Source: a virus (Duplodnaviria > Caudoviricetes). From it: 40,422 nucleotides of DNA. Within the stretch, counting starts at the first letter, position 1; each line of letters starts with the position of its first letter. Location: positions 1-40,422 of the IMG/VR virus record IMGVR_UViG_3300029822_000026. One strand, written 5' to 3'. Made by a program: the position numbers and the translations under genes. Shown here piece by piece: positions 1 to 8,552 of this stretch. The notes under the pieces are model-generated. The model was not told where the DNA came from. It saw only the letters and a program-made list of their open reading frames with translations, and made no database searches.

Positions 1-719
1 TATCCAGTAGCTTCAGCAAGATTTTGATACTTACTATCTCGACCATGAACCCTATAAATCTTGCCCTGCCATTCTGCGTGTTCTGGACGCGCTCCCCAGT
101 GTGACGATACCTCCATCAGTTCCGCGCCCCACTCATCCGCACGCGCCATTTGTAACTTCCCAGCGCTTTCTGCACTAGTAGTAAGTATCATCTGACGAAC
201 AGCTACTTCAGGAGTCCGTCGAATTATCTTACCAGCAGCTGTTGCATATGTTATCCCTGTGATACCTTGATCTGCTAGCTCACGTGTAGCTTTCCACACA
301 CTATCTTCGTATGAATAAATCCCTACACTTGTTTCAAGGTACACCTGGTTCACAATCTTCAAGAACCCAGTGTTTGCACTTTCCAGTGCTGTGGTATTAA
401 CCAAATTCAAAACGCTTTTTGCGTTATCGACGGTAGCCTGCAGTATTTGCTGAATGACCGGCGAAGCTGTTAACGGCATAGCTTGATAAATCGTCAAACC
501 AGCCTTTTGAGCATCCAGGTAAATACTTTCAGCTAAATCAAGCGATCGATAACCAGCTTCACGCATAATGCGTTCAACATCCTTCAGCGCCTTACCAGAC
601 ATCTTAGCTATCAAAGCTAAGTTTTCACGACGCAATCCACCAACCTCTTGAAGCTTACTTGCAAACCAGTCGAAATCGTCCGTTACAGTTGGCAAGCCTT
701 GTTGAAACTTAATTGCTAT
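1..719. repeat. Imperfect terminal overlap, copy 1 (matches 39704..40422)
   Basis: Colinear and gap-free match to the window end. About 37 substitutions by manual count (~95% identity). The first 77 and last 77 bases are identical. Confidence 0.97.
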
Positions 720-803
720 ATTGTGCAGCAAATCTGCTTCAAGCTGACCATACAAAGAAAGTAGGGGTTCTGCTAACAGCTCTACCTGCTCAGGAGTAAT
801 CAT
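1..803 (-). CDS. Minor capsid/head morphogenesis protein (Phage_min_cap2-like), 5' part; continues across the circular junction into 39703..39388 (~372 aa total)
   Basis: ATG at 803 overlaps the portal stop (ATGA). Reads MITPEQVELLAEPLLSLYGQLEADLLHNIAIKFQQGLPTVTDD..., in frame with the 39388..40398 ORF. Absent from the ORF track because it runs off the window. Confidence 0.9.
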   Translation of the reverse strand, partial: MITPEQVELLAEPLLSLYGQLEADLLHNIAIKFQQGLPTVTDDFDWFASKLQEVGGLRRENLALIAKMSGKALKDVERIMREAGYRSLDLAESIYLDAQKAGLTIYQAMPLTASPVIQQILQATVDNAKSVLNLVNTTALESANTGFLKIVNQVYLETSVGIYSYEDSVWKATRELADQGITGITYATAAGKIIRRTPEVAVRQMILTTSAESAGKLQMARADEWGAELMEVSSHWGARPEHAEWQGKIYRVHGRDSKYQNLAEATG

Positions 804-2188
804 TCGATAATCACATCCTCTTCAGTGGTAGGAGCTGCAGTTGCACGAGCAACAATCCTGTCAACTAGCTTAATAGCATCTGCCTCTTTCAAACCATATA
901 CATCCATATGATACTGAACAGCATCTATCAATCCAGAGCTAAACTCAAGTAACTTCTGACGCTGCAGAGCATCCGGATCGTTGATGACACTATCATCCCA
1001 CTTAAAAGTAACTGTGGGAGCAGTCGTACCTAACAAAAACGCAATAGCTAACACAAAATCTTCAAGCGCAACCTGCAGCGCTTTTTGCGTATCTGCAATC
1101 GTAACATAGGAACGTTGCTTACTACTTTTGATCTCTGTAGCTGTCTTTTCAACTACCTGCGGATCGCTAATGGTACCATATGCCAATCCTGACACATACT
1201 CTATCATTTTTAACTGATTCTGGAATCCGCTGTAAATTGACGAGTCACGAATTTCAGGACTGTAGGGATCAATCAGAGGTTTGTCAGTAGCACCTACGTT
1301 ATAGTCAAAACTAAGATACAATCGCTCTCTATTTTGCGGATAGATTGTATTACCAGCATCGTCTATTTTAAGCAAACTCGATGCAATATGGATGGCAGCT
1401 TGCTTAGCCTCGTACTCCCAACACAGATTACTGTAACGATAATCCGCTTCCTTGATAAGATCAACCGCTCTTGCGAAAATCGAAACACCCAAAGGAGAGT
1501 CAGGCTCAAATGTGTTTGCAAGAGGCATCTTAAAATACCCAAATGGTAGTTTCGTGACACCAGGGTATGATGCCTCTGGCAAAAACTCAACCCATTGCGG
1601 AACCTCATCAAGAGTTATCTGCGTACCCAGCCCAGCAGTACTTTTACTGCCTCTAAAGGCTAAGTTATAGATCATAAGTCCAGCAGGTTCAAGCAAATGC
1701 ACTTCAAGCCGAGTGTAAATCTCAGACCCAACAAATACTTGATCCATCAACACACACTGACTCATATTCCGTGAAGCATCAAATGCAAGTGGGAAGAATC
1801 TATCAGCACGGATATACTGAGTAGCAATTCTACTTTGAGAGTCAAGATAAGGCTTAAGCAGCACGCCACCCAAGGCACACCCGAACTCAACAGGTATTCG
1901 AATCTCATCAATAGCACGCTGATAAATTTTGTTTATTTCAGCATTATTTACCTCTGATTTCATCTCAAAAGTAACCAACCGTGCTAGCTCAGAAGAAATA
2001 GCAGCCGGTATACCAGCGGTATAAACACCTTTAGCACAATCTTTCCAAGAAGGTTCATCGGCATAAAGTGCAGACCAATCGCTGATTCGCCTAGACATCT
2101 CAAAATTGACACAAGGCTTAAAATCAACGCCAAGTGCATCTTTGAGAGCCTTCATCACAGACTCGAACGCGATGGAGTATTCTAACAC
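800..2188 (-). CDS. Portal protein (A118/SPP1 gp6-like)
   Basis: 462 aa directly downstream of terL. Motifs SPLGVSIF and KTATEIKS are typical of A118-type portals. GGAGG RBS and GTG start. Confidence 0.9.
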   Translation of the reverse strand: MLEYSIAFESVMKALKDALGVDFKPCVNFEMSRRISDWSALYADEPSWKDCAKGVYTAGIPAAISSELARLVTFEMKSEVNNAEINKIYQRAIDEIRIPVEFGCALGGVLLKPYLDSQSRIATQYIRADRFFPLAFDASRNMSQCVLMDQVFVGSEIYTRLEVHLLEPAGLMIYNLAFRGSKSTAGLGTQITLDEVPQWVEFLPEASYPGVTKLPFGYFKMPLANTFEPDSPLGVSIFARAVDLIKEADYRYSNLCWEYEAKQAAIHIASSLLKIDDAGNTIYPQNRERLYLSFDYNVGATDKPLIDPYSPEIRDSSIYSGFQNQLKMIEYVSGLAYGTISDPQVVEKTATEIKSSKQRSYVTIADTQKALQVALEDFVLAIAFLLGTTAPTVTFKWDDSVINDPDALQRQKLLEFSSGLIDAVQYHMDVYGLKEADAIKLVDRIVARATAAPTTEEDVIIE

Positions 2189-3459
2189 TATGCCACCTCC
2201 GTTCTAATTAACAGTCCAATCAGTCGTTCAAAAGTATATTCAAAGCCATCCAATGTATCAATGTCGCTAGTACCGTCATCCAAACGCTCATCGTCGGTTT
2301 CGTTTTTAGGATTCCACAAAGCTTCCAAGAAGGCGTTTTCTAGAGTTTCACAATCCTCTTCGACGTACCTAAACCTGCTTTGAGCCATCAAGCGCACTGT
2401 CGCTCGAATCCTATCATTGATCACTGTCTTAAGTGCATTACCGATCTTCAACCATCCTAGTCCAGCTCGTTTAGCTGCTGTACGTAATCCTGCAATCAAT
2501 GTCTGCTCGGCACTATCACAATACACGTGACTAATCATGCCATATTTATCTAACACATCCTGACAAAACTCTATGAATAGTTGCCCAAGCTTCTCAGGAT
2601 CGATTTCAGTTCTCTGGTTACTACGCACATATCTTTTCGATTTAAGACCTACTAACTCACGATATCCTAGCGTAATACCAGTAGCTACAAATGCATGACC
2701 CGACTTGCCACCTCCAAAGTCTACACCTATGTTTATCTCGATAAACTGTCGAGGATGCAACTTATCCTTAACCTGGAAGCGCTTACGATTATCGGCAAAT
2801 ACCTGATAAATCGCACCTTCAGCTGCTACCCAGAGACCGCGAACCATACGATCGTAGAATACCCCGGTAAACATCTCTTCCAGCGAACGACGATATTCCT
2901 CTGTCAAATTCGGATTATCGTCAAGTGTAAAGTGCCAAACTTTTTTGTTAGTAATCTCATTATTGAGAATAACGTTTCGATAAAACCAGTGGTTTGGATT
3001 ACCAGGATTGCACGTTGCAAAACACATTGCGCCTGAAACTGACAAACGAGTCATCAGCATATCCCAAAAGCTTTGCGGGTACAAGCTTACCTCATCACAC
3101 AAGGCTCCAGCAAGCGTAGCACCACGGATCTTACCTTCAGCATCCTCCGAGTGTGCACCCACTAAATGCACACGCCTACCCAACAGTAACAACTCGCCTT
3201 GCTGTCGATTGATCCACTTGTAATTTCTAGGACCAATCGTATCGAAAATATCATTGAGCACGTTTCGACGCAACGTGGCTAGCGTCTTACCAACCATTAT
3301 CAAGTCGCCAGGAGGACCATCTAGGCAATACATGATCCATCGCACATCACAACTTGACGTCTTCGCGCTTCGAACTGCACCATGCGCTATGTTCAATCGC
3401 GCATCAGAGTTAAAGATAAAATCTAACGACTTTGGTGAAAACTTATCCCAGTTTATCAT
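2188..3459 (-). CDS. terL: Terminase large subunit (PBSX-family-like)
   Basis: Walker A-like GAVRSAKT, Walker B LCDEV, TCNP coupling motif, nuclease acidic motifs GVDFG, CDSAE and DTLD. Likely start is MINWDKFS at 3459. Confidence 0.95.
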   Translation of the reverse strand: MINWDKFSPKSLDFIFNSDARLNIAHGAVRSAKTSSCDVRWIMYCLDGPPGDLIMVGKTLATLRRNVLNDIFDTIGPRNYKWINRQQGELLLLGRRVHLVGAHSEDAEGKIRGATLAGALCDEVSLYPQSFWDMLMTRLSVSGAMCFATCNPGNPNHWFYRNVILNNEITNKKVWHFTLDDNPNLTEEYRRSLEEMFTGVFYDRMVRGLWVAAEGAIYQVFADNRKRFQVKDKLHPRQFIEINIGVDFGGGKSGHAFVATGITLGYRELVGLKSKRYVRSNQRTEIDPEKLGQLFIEFCQDVLDKYGMISHVYCDSAEQTLIAGLRTAAKRAGLGWLKIGNALKTVINDRIRATVRLMAQSRFRYVEEDCETLENAFLEALWNPKNETDDERLDDGTSDIDTLDGFEYTFERLIGLLIRTEVA

Positions 3460-3958
3460 TTTGTATAGCCCTAGATAGCGAGCTAAACAGCAACGCAATC
3501 CCCGAATTCGGATCGTTCTTAGGACCATCCATCTGGATCTTCAACTCAACCAAAGTCTTCAAGGTAGCACGTAACTCACCACCGGTGCCTACATAAAGGT
3601 CAACTAGAGGCTTAGTCAGCTTTCTAGCAAAGCTAAACTCATCCTCTAGTGCCATAGTCTGTATAGAACGACCAACAGCCTTCAATGTCACCAAATAATC
3701 AGCCGCAACAGTCGCTAGCATATCAGCCTCACGAAGCTTCAACTGCTTCGCAATCGATGGGATCTGTTCTTCTTCTCCAGACACAACATCAATCGCTATT
3801 GGAGAGTGAAACAATGCATGCTTCTGAAGGTCACCTACTTCGACTTCAAATGCTTCAGCGATCTGATCTAACGTATGAAAGTCTGTCTGGCCTATACAAA
3901 GGAGAGCATTTTCAATCTCAAACCTTTCTGCACTATCACATATCGCACAATTAGCCAA
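3443..3958 (-). CDS. Putative terminase small subunit (CxxC + HTH-like)
   Basis: Immediately upstream of and overlapping terL. N-terminal CAIC plus a helix-turn-helix-like segment ending in HxxxH. AAGGAGG RBS and TTG start. Confidence 0.65.
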   Translation of the reverse strand: MANCAICDSAERFEIENALLCIGQTDFHTLDQIAEAFEVEVGDLQKHALFHSPIAIDVVSGEEEQIPSIAKQLKLREADMLATVAADYLVTLKAVGRSIQTMALEDEFSFARKLTKPLVDLYVGTGGELRATLKTLVELKIQMDGPKNDPNSGIALLFSSLSRAIQNDKLG

Positions 3959-4023
3959 GAAACTGCACCTCCTTCAGTTCAAATTTGAGTGCTTAAAAAT
4001 ACTGTGGATTATCCTCTACTTTT

Positions 4024-4063
4024 ATTATATAATATATGTGTGGATATATCAAGTGCACTGATA
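4024..4063 (-). promoter_or_regulatory. Promoter for packaging/structural operon (TTGATA-17-TATAAT) with upstream TATCAGTGC box
   Basis: Minus strand: -35 TTGATA at 4052..4047, 17-bp spacer, -10 TATAAT at 4029..4024. Confidence 0.75.
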
Positions 4064-4105
4064 GAAAAACTTTTAGAACAACCTAACTATTTTTAAGGAG
4101 TTACC

Positions 4106-4435
4106 ATGAGCATAATAAAAGATCCAACTCTCTTTCAACATCTTGCCATACAAGGACCAGTAGGAATCGTTCTTCGCGACCTTGTCGAGAAACATTGGGA
4201 TTCTTGGGAGACAAGATTCACTGCCCTCTGCTCTCACTCACACTACACCGCAGAACAGGTATTCATACAAGCTGTATGGTCCATAGGATTGTACAACAAT
4301 TGGTACCCATGGATCGAATACCGATTCGGATATGGTATGTGTCAAGAGATTTTCGTACTGCAACAATGGTTGCAGGAACTTTGCTTAAAAAGCGGCTTTC
4401 TCAAACCTACCGAAAAAAAGATCAAAACTTTTTGA
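4106..4435 (+). CDS. Hypothetical protein (109 aa)
   Basis: AAGGAG RBS, ATG start, fills the intergenic gap. No recognised motif. Confidence 0.6.
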   Translation: MSIIKDPTLFQHLAIQGPVGIVLRDLVEKHWDSWETRFTALCSHSHYTAEQVFIQAVWSIGLYNNWYPWIEYRFGYGMCQEIFVLQQWLQELCLKSGFLKPTEKKIKTF

Positions 4436-4443
4436 AAAAAGTG

Positions 4444-4472
4444 TTGCACTTTAGCGCCATAACCGCTATAAT
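4444..4472 (+). promoter_or_regulatory. sigmaA-type promoter
   Basis: TTGCAC (4444-4449), 17-bp spacer, TATAAT (4467-4472). Confidence 0.8.
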
Positions 4473-4517
4473 AAGATTATAGAGGACCACACCTCACAAA
4501 GGAAAGGAGATCCAAAA

Positions 4518-5012
4518 ATGTCAAAGAAAGTCAACACCAAGTCCGCCGTGACGACCGATGCGACCACGACCATCAGCCTGCAGATCAACCTCGAGCAGCA
4601 CAAGAACGTCAGCCTGCGGAAGCTGGCACAGGCAACCGAAATCAGCTACCCCCGCTTGCTGAAGGCTAGCAAGGCTCCCATCGCCGGCCAGCCGTACGAC
4701 CCCGAAGCAATCAACTACACCGCGTTGACAGAAGTCCTCGCTGACAAGCTCGATCAGATCAACTGGGCTGAACTCAATCAGCCGACCAATCAGCCGAACA
4801 GCTTCCTGATCAAAGACATGCAGCAGTTCGAGATCGGCACCAAAGTCTACCTTAGGCGTAACAACAAAAGGGGGTACGTAATCGCGTACAAGACCAACGA
4901 GCAGATCGTGCTTCAACTCGAAGGCACCGAAGAGCTCCTCTGCTGGCACCACAAGACATTCCTGCTGAACGGGCCCGCGCTCGAGCCGCGCGTAATTGCG
5001 GAAAAGAAGTAA
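4518..5012 (+). CDS. Putative HTH DNA-binding protein; paralog of 6340..6996
   Basis: AAAGGAG RBS. HTH-like segment VSLRKLAQATEISYPRL and a beta-rich C-terminal domain. Has its own promoter and terminator. Confidence 0.7.
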   Translation: MSKKVNTKSAVTTDATTTISLQINLEQHKNVSLRKLAQATEISYPRLLKASKAPIAGQPYDPEAINYTALTEVLADKLDQINWAELNQPTNQPNSFLIKDMQQFEIGTKVYLRRNNKRGYVIAYKTNEQIVLQLEGTEELLCWHHKTFLLNGPALEPRVIAEKK

Positions 5013-5029
5013 CGCCCCGCCAGACCGAG

Positions 5030-5052
5030 AGCCCCCGACCAGGGGGCTTTTT
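5030..5052 (+). terminator. Intrinsic terminator
   Basis: AGCCCCC-gacca-GGGGGCT hairpin followed by a T run. Confidence 0.8.
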
Positions 5053-5119
5053 CATGTCTGAACGTGGAGCGCGTTTCTGCGCTTAATTGCGGAAATAGGG
5101 AGTCCAAGCTCCCCGCAGA

Positions 5120-5529
5120 TTGAACTTAAATGGACCGGATCCTAACTGATACAGCTCTGAATTGTATCAAAGCAAGCACAACGTTTCGAACCCATCTATA
5201 TATATATAACTGGGTTTTTGAACCGACTAATAGGTGTTTTTTGAGCGACTGACTGTTAGCTATCTTTTGAGTAATTCATTACTTTATTATTACTTATTAT
5301 TATTATATTATTATTATATATAAATATATATAAAAAAATGAGAAACAATGAATATAGAAGAATGTATAGAACAGACTAACTAACTATAATGAGATATGTG
5401 GGGATAGATGCTTTTAAGTTCAACTTGAAATCTATCAGTCGGTTCATGGATACAGTTTTATATATATATATGGGATTCAAACGTTGTGCTTGCTTTGATA
5501 CAAGTCGTACTATCAGTTCTACCAGTTCA
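5120..5529. other. Candidate replication origin: ~70-bp imperfect inverted arms around a very AT-rich core
   Basis: Perfect 25-bp inverted repeat 5162-5186/5479-5503, extended by (TA)n tracts and a 14/15 inverted repeat 5219-5233/5432-5446. Non-coding, with a nearly pure A/T core near 5270-5340. Confidence 0.6.
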
Positions 5530-5541
5530 TTAAAGTAACGC

Positions 5542-5570
5542 TTGCATTTCCCTAAAATTTATTATATAAT
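5542..5570 (+). promoter_or_regulatory. sigmaA-type promoter
   Basis: TTGCAT (5542-5547), 17-bp spacer, TATAAT (5565-5570). Confidence 0.8.
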
Positions 5571-5598
5571 AAAAGAAAAGAGAGGACCTAAAACTACC

Positions 5599-6249
5599 AT
5601 GGAAGACACTCATCTGCCACCCCAGTTACCGTACGCTAATGCTACCAAACCGCGGTGCTGTTTTGGGGTTCATCCTACTCCGCAACAACTCGACCTTGAT
5701 GAGTACATCCAAGAAGCACTCAAAGAAGGTTGGGATTTAACTCGCCTCCCGACAGACGTCGATGTATACACCGCACGCCTAGCACTGAGAGAACTAATTC
5801 CTTTCCGTCCGCTGACCTGTAGTTACTGCCCAATGATGTGTTGTGGCATGTGTGGTAGACCTTGCAAGGTACGATGTGTTCAAGATTTACTGCACAAGAC
5901 AAAATTCATGAACTCACTTCAACTCGATGACGACAAGCTCGACACCTTCAAAAAACTCAGTACTAACCCCACGATCACATACACACAACTTCAACAGCTT
6001 TTTTGCAACACATATCCATCAATGCACAACAAGCGTCGAAACAACCCATTTACACTGGATTATGCTCCAAAGTACAAAGGGATCACGCGAACGTCGAAAG
6101 GCGTTCAGAAACGCTCATTCGATCCGATCACTGGACAAGCCGCAATTTATGAGTGGCCAGAAACTGGCTTGTGTCCATATTGCTTACCTGAGGTATCGGC
6201 AACAGTTACAAGTAATGCTAATCAACGTCGATATCGTAAACCAAAGTAA
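5599..6249 (+). CDS. Cys-rich putative metal-binding protein of unknown function
   Basis: Start moved to ATG 5599 (GAGGA RBS, downstream of the promoter). Motifs CCFGVH, CSYCPMMCCGMCGRPCKVRC and CPYC. Confidence 0.65.
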   Translation: MEDTHLPPQLPYANATKPRCCFGVHPTPQQLDLDEYIQEALKEGWDLTRLPTDVDVYTARLALRELIPFRPLTCSYCPMMCCGMCGRPCKVRCVQDLLHKTKFMNSLQLDDDKLDTFKKLSTNPTITYTQLQQLFCNTYPSMHNKRRNNPFTLDYAPKYKGITRTSKGVQKRSFDPITGQAAIYEWPETGLCPYCLPEVSATVTSNANQRRYRKPK

Positions 6250-6287
6250 TACACTCAACTTTTCCTATTAGTCAGACAAAATAACTC

Positions 6288-6316
6288 TTGCAATTTCCCA
6301 AGATCTATTATATAAT
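6288..6316 (+). promoter_or_regulatory. sigmaA-type promoter
   Basis: TTGCAA (6288-6293), 17-bp spacer, TATAAT (6311-6316). Confidence 0.8.
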
Positions 6317-6339
6317 TAAAGAAAAGGAGGCTCGAAACC

Positions 6340-6996
6340 ATGACAAAAACTGAACTTAACCCCCTGCAGTCGGCAACATCCCTCTTGGGGGAACCGTCAC
6401 TGAAAGCGATTGCTGCGGTCTTTGATCTGAATCCGGTTCGAATCTACACCGTTGCAAAGCAGCCCAAAGAGGGCGAGATCTACGACCGCAATGTGTTCAA
6501 CTGGGATGCGATCCACAGGTTCGTCGAGAAGCGTCTTGATGCAGAAAAAGGTCTTGTCACCTTCGAAGATGTCGTGCGCAAGGCTTTGGAGCTGGATGAA
6601 GAGTTTAAGGCGAGTGATGGTCGCAAGCGGAGTTCCAGCGGCGCTAAGCCCAAGAACTTCATCCAGGTCGACGGCAAGGCAATCCCCGAGCGGCGATTCC
6701 CGAACTACGAACAGTCGGCTGACGAGCCCGTCGCACTCAAGGGCGATGCCAGTGTGTATCGCATCGTGATGCAGACTCAGAGCCACACGATCCTCAGACC
6801 TGTCGACGAGAGTGGCGCATTCATCGGTGAGCGGCTTGAGGTCGCATCCAACGGCAAGCTGAACTGGAAGGCTGCGCGGCCCGATGAGCTCAAGAAGGCA
6901 GTCGCCGATCGATTCAGTGGCGAGTACGCGAAGCAGCTGGCCGAGGCCGCCGAAAAGGCGACCAAGCAAGCGCCCACCGAAGACAAAGCCGAGTAA
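6340..6996 (+). CDS. Putative HTH DNA-binding protein; paralog of 4518..5012
   Basis: AAAGGAGG RBS. HTH-like segment PSLKAIAAVFDLNPVRI. GC3-rich codon use. Confidence 0.7.
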   Translation: MTKTELNPLQSATSLLGEPSLKAIAAVFDLNPVRIYTVAKQPKEGEIYDRNVFNWDAIHRFVEKRLDAEKGLVTFEDVVRKALELDEEFKASDGRKRSSSGAKPKNFIQVDGKAIPERRFPNYEQSADEPVALKGDASVYRIVMQTQSHTILRPVDESGAFIGERLEVASNGKLNWKAARPDELKKAVADRFSGEYAKQLAEAAEKATKQAPTEDKAE

Positions 6997-7023
6997 CACC
7001 TACCACCAGGTAAGTCTGGCACT

Positions 7024-7128
7024 ACAAGTCCCTTAGTACTTTATTAGTTCCAAAGACCACGCGGAGTTAAGGCAACGAAGCCACAACTCGCCCGAACTGA
7101 AAAGCTAATGCAGTACTAAGGGACTTGT
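7024..7128 (+). ncRNA. Candidate structured RNA/long hairpin
   Basis: Perfect 17-bp inverted repeat 7024-7040/7112-7128 enclosing nested stems ATTAGTT/AGCTAAT, GAGTT/AACTC and GGC/GCC. Confidence 0.5.
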
Positions 7129-7157
7129 TGCTAATTAAAAATGAAAGGAGCACTACG

Positions 7158-7373
7158 ATGACTATCAAATGCACGCGATGCGATACCGAGCAGCAAGGTG
7201 AGTTACATAATTTCGAAGGCTGGGAGCTTTGGGAGGGTCAGCCGATCTGTCCGAGGTGCGTAGCTTCAGCCAAAATCAGCAAGTTCACTCAGGACATTGT
7301 TGAAGAAACGTCCCGGAAAATGGCCGCTGTCGCGGGGTTGACTCCTCCGCAATCAAGCGGGGAATCCAAATGA
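7158..7373 (+). CDS. Small Zn-finger-like protein
   Basis: AAAGGAG RBS before ATG 7158. Motifs CTRC and CPRC. Confidence 0.65.
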   Translation: MTIKCTRCDTEQQGELHNFEGWELWEGQPICPRCVASAKISKFTQDIVEETSRKMAAVAGLTPPQSSGESK

Positions 7374-7546
7374 GTAGCCCCAGTTTGGTACAAATGAAAC
7401 ACTTTCTTCTGCAACGCTATCAGGGAGAAAAATGGCGACAAAAAGTAGAGAGGATGTCTAACAACCAGATAATGGCGATCTATTTCAGATTAGTAAAGGA
7501 GGAATCAAAATGCACGGCAAAATCCAAATCCATGTTCAAGATATGA
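7370..7546 (+). CDS. Small hypothetical phage protein (58 aa, below ORF-track cutoff)
   Basis: ATGA overlap with the upstream gene. Reads MSSPSLVQMKHFLLQRYQGEKWRQKVERMSNNQIMAIYFRL.... Confidence 0.6.
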   Translation: MSSPSLVQMKHFLLQRYQGEKWRQKVERMSNNQIMAIYFRLVKEESKCTAKSKSMFKI

Positions 7547-7767
7547 AGACCACCAACAAGATCGATATCAGGACTGAGTTGGAAAATGTAGATCCTCTTG
7601 GACGCTACCAGTTGATTGTAGCCTTGATGGAGTCATTGCAAATGTCAAGAACGATGTTCGATATCATCGATGCGATGCTTGGTGAGCAAATTCAGAAGCA
7701 CTCAATTTCATTTAGCGGCGAAGAAGCGAGAGCGCGTCGCGGTAAGGAGTTCATGTATGAAGATTAA
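7510..7767 (+). CDS. Hypothetical protein; paralog of 7915..8160
   Basis: AAGGAGG RBS, 85 aa. Confidence 0.7.
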   Translation: MHGKIQIHVQDMKTTNKIDIRTELENVDPLGRYQLIVALMESLQMSRTMFDIIDAMLGEQIQKHSISFSGEEARARRGKEFMYED

Positions 7768-7918
7768 CTTCAATGCAGAAAAAATTAGTAGTGCTATCGA
7801 AATGCTATTGCGAGGCGCTGCTAGCAAGGTTGACGTTGATAGGCAAACAAAAGTTTATCTCTGTAAGAACATCGTTCGAATCGATATTAAAATACCGTCA
7901 GAAGGGGAAGGTAATTGA
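7757..7918 (+). CDS. Small hypothetical protein (53 aa)
   Basis: AAGGAG RBS before ATG 7757 (MKINFNAEK...). Confidence 0.65.
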   Translation: MKINFNAEKISSAIEMLLRGAASKVDVDRQTKVYLCKNIVRIDIKIPSEGEGN

Positions 7919-8160
7919 ACATGGGTAACCAAGCCATGCTTCAGGGTACGATCCACATCGAGGTTATTCCCGATGAGGAAAATGAGGGCGTGACGATCGC
8001 AGTAGATACTAAGATCATTCATTGCGATATGATCGACAAATATCGCCTTTGCACAACATTGCTGGAAGCGCTGAAAAGCGATCTGGATGAGATGCTAATG
8101 ATCCACATGATGCTCGGGCCTAAGCTCAAAGCCGACAGAACCAGACTCAAAGTCCAGTAA
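7915..8160 (+). CDS. Hypothetical protein; paralog of 7510..7767
   Basis: Overlapping operon arrangement. The start may be ATG 7921. Confidence 0.65.
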   Translation: MNMGNQAMLQGTIHIEVIPDEENEGVTIAVDTKIIHCDMIDKYRLCTTLLEALKSDLDEMLMIHMMLGPKLKADRTRLKVQ

Positions 8161-8438
8161 TGTTTCTCGAGGATATGACAATCGGGATGCGCGTTATACC
8201 TATCAGTCGAACCATCTTAGTTCGTGGGGAACCTGAGGTACGTAATTTGCATACAAGCATCGCATACCAGTTGATGATGCAACACTTAATAATTTCTAAG
8301 TTTGATTACGAGACTGGTAGGGTAATGTGTCATCCCGAAAACTTTCCTGAAAAGGGAGACTGGTTCATGGAATACGACTTAAAGGAGTTTGAAAGTGAAG
8401 ACCGTGTGCCGATAAACCAGGACATTATCACTATGTAG
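8160..8438 (+). CDS. Hypothetical protein
   Basis: TAATG coupling to the upstream gene, 92 aa. Confidence 0.6.
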   Translation: MFLEDMTIGMRVIPISRTILVRGEPEVRNLHTSIAYQLMMQHLIISKFDYETGRVMCHPENFPEKGDWFMEYDLKEFESEDRVPINQDIITM

Positions 8439-8552
8439 TTTTAGTCTGAAAGGAGTTACCCTGCTAGTGTTTCCAGGTATGCGATACTTTGCCTATGATC
8501 ATTCAGGTAATGAACGAGCCTGCGGAAAACCAACTATAAAGGAGTAGTAAAA

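Noticed and set aside
1-719. Physical direct terminal repeat or DGR template/variable repeat pair
   Set aside because: Differences are mostly synonymous and not adenine-specific, no reverse transcriptase is present, and the exact 77-bp identical ends point to an assembly bubble.
4521-7022. Long antisense ORFs (4521..4952, 6397..6999 and similar shadows elsewhere, e.g. 15816..16382, 35110..35673)
   Set aside because: They lie opposite well-supported genes, lack RBSs and are explained by codon bias.
8461-8547. 28-codon ORF after an AAGGAG RBS
   Set aside because: It begins with CTG and is very short. It may be a gene remnant but cannot be supported.
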